Shown piece after piece: positions 63,339 through 64,000 of a stretch of DNA of 64,000 bases. Made by a program: the position numbers and the translations under genes. The notes under the pieces were generated by a model. The model saw only the letters and a list, made by a program, of their open reading frames with translations. It ran no database searches and was not told where the DNA came from. Source of the DNA: Clostridia bacterium (lineage in GTDB: Bacteria; Bacillota; Clostridia; Christensenellales; UBA1242); the NCBI GenBank assembly GCA_017467585.1, contig JAFUSR010000004.1, positions 600,620 through 664,619 on the forward strand. The letters run 5' to 3'. Every line of letters begins with the position of its first letter. Position 1 is the stretch's first letter.

Positions 63339-64000
63339 TTAGGCTGGTTTTTTGTCTTGCTCTTTTTTTGACTTTCTAAGAGTTTCAACACTTATTTCTT
63401 GACCATTTGCATCAACAATTATCTTGTAAATGTTGTCGTCGCTTGGGCTTTCATACATAATTGGAAGCATTGATTCTTCAATTATATTTCTGAGTCCCCT
63501 TGCCCCAGTTTTAAGTTCTAGTGCACGGCGACTAAACAGCCTGATTGCCTCATCGCTAAACTCAAGATTTATGCCGTCCATGTCGAACATCTTTTTATAT
63601 TGTTTGACAAGTGCATTTTTTGGCTCAGTTAAAATTCTAACCAAACTCTCTTCGTCGAGGTCGCTAAGACTCACAACAATTGGAACTCTTCCGACAAATT
63701 CAGGAATTAGACCATATTTAATTAAATGTTGTGGTTTTATTCCCTTAAGTGCGCCCTGTTCTTTTTCGACCACCTTGCCGCCAAAGCCGAGACTGGTTTT
63801 CTTTTTGTTGTCGTCGGCAATAATTTTGTCTAGCCCAACAAATGCACCTCCACAAATAAAGAGAATGTTTGTTGTGTCGATTTTTATCATCTCTTGATTT
63901 GGATGTTTTCTGCCACCCTGAGGTGGAACGCTGGCAACCGTTCCTTCGATAATTTTGAGCAGAGACTGTTGAACTCCCTCGCCTGAAACATCTCGTGTGA
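63339..64000 (-). CDS. clpX: ATP-dependent Clp protease ATPase subunit ClpX, 3' part; starts beyond the window
   Basis: [43 protein letters not shown] loop, [18 protein letters not shown]. Confidence 0.97.
   Translation of the reverse strand, partial: TRDVSGEGVQQSLLKIIEGTVASVPPQGGRKHPNQEMIKIDTTNILFICGGAFVGLDKIIADDNKKKTSLGFGGKVVEKEQGALKGIKPQHLIKYGLIPEFVGRVPIVVSLSDLDEESLVRILTEPKNALVKQYKKMFDMDGINLEFSDEAIRLFSRRALELKTGARGLRNIIEESMLPIMYESPSDDNIYKIIVDANGQEISVETLRKSKKEQDKKPA

Overview
A 64-kb, AT-rich core-chromosome segment of a spore-forming Clostridia-class Bacillota, probably a streamlined gut-type lineage (taxon is inferred). Almost all genes are on the minus strand. It carries the priA-rpoZ-ligA-pcrA block, the rplS-trmD-rimM-rpsP-ffh-ftsY-smc-rnc-plsX-rpmF-ackA-pta cluster, metG/asnS, a small accessory patch around a tRNA-Lys(CUU), der-plsY, feoAB, nrdR, the spoIIGA-sigE/sigG locus, the dcw cluster and the 3' part of clpX. 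I see no integrase, transposase, prophage or CRISPR array. Unexplained structure: (1) a dispersed palindrome TRTTATG-N5-CATAAYA with 7 exact copies plus 1 degenerate copy, two of them inside conserved coding sequence with no apparent insertion; (2) an intact tRNA-Lys nested between a 5' half-copy and a 3' half-copy, with flanking segments antisense to the tRNA 3' half; (3) sigG inverted in place; (4) a DUF1614-SpoIIP fusion; (5) a hairpin that would hide the spoVD ribosome-binding site; (6) tandem NrdR boxes on nrdR itself and a LexA-type box upstream of mraZ; (7) coaBC, coaD, acpP, gpsA and murG missing from their usual loci. All calls come from reading motifs by eye; no database search was run.
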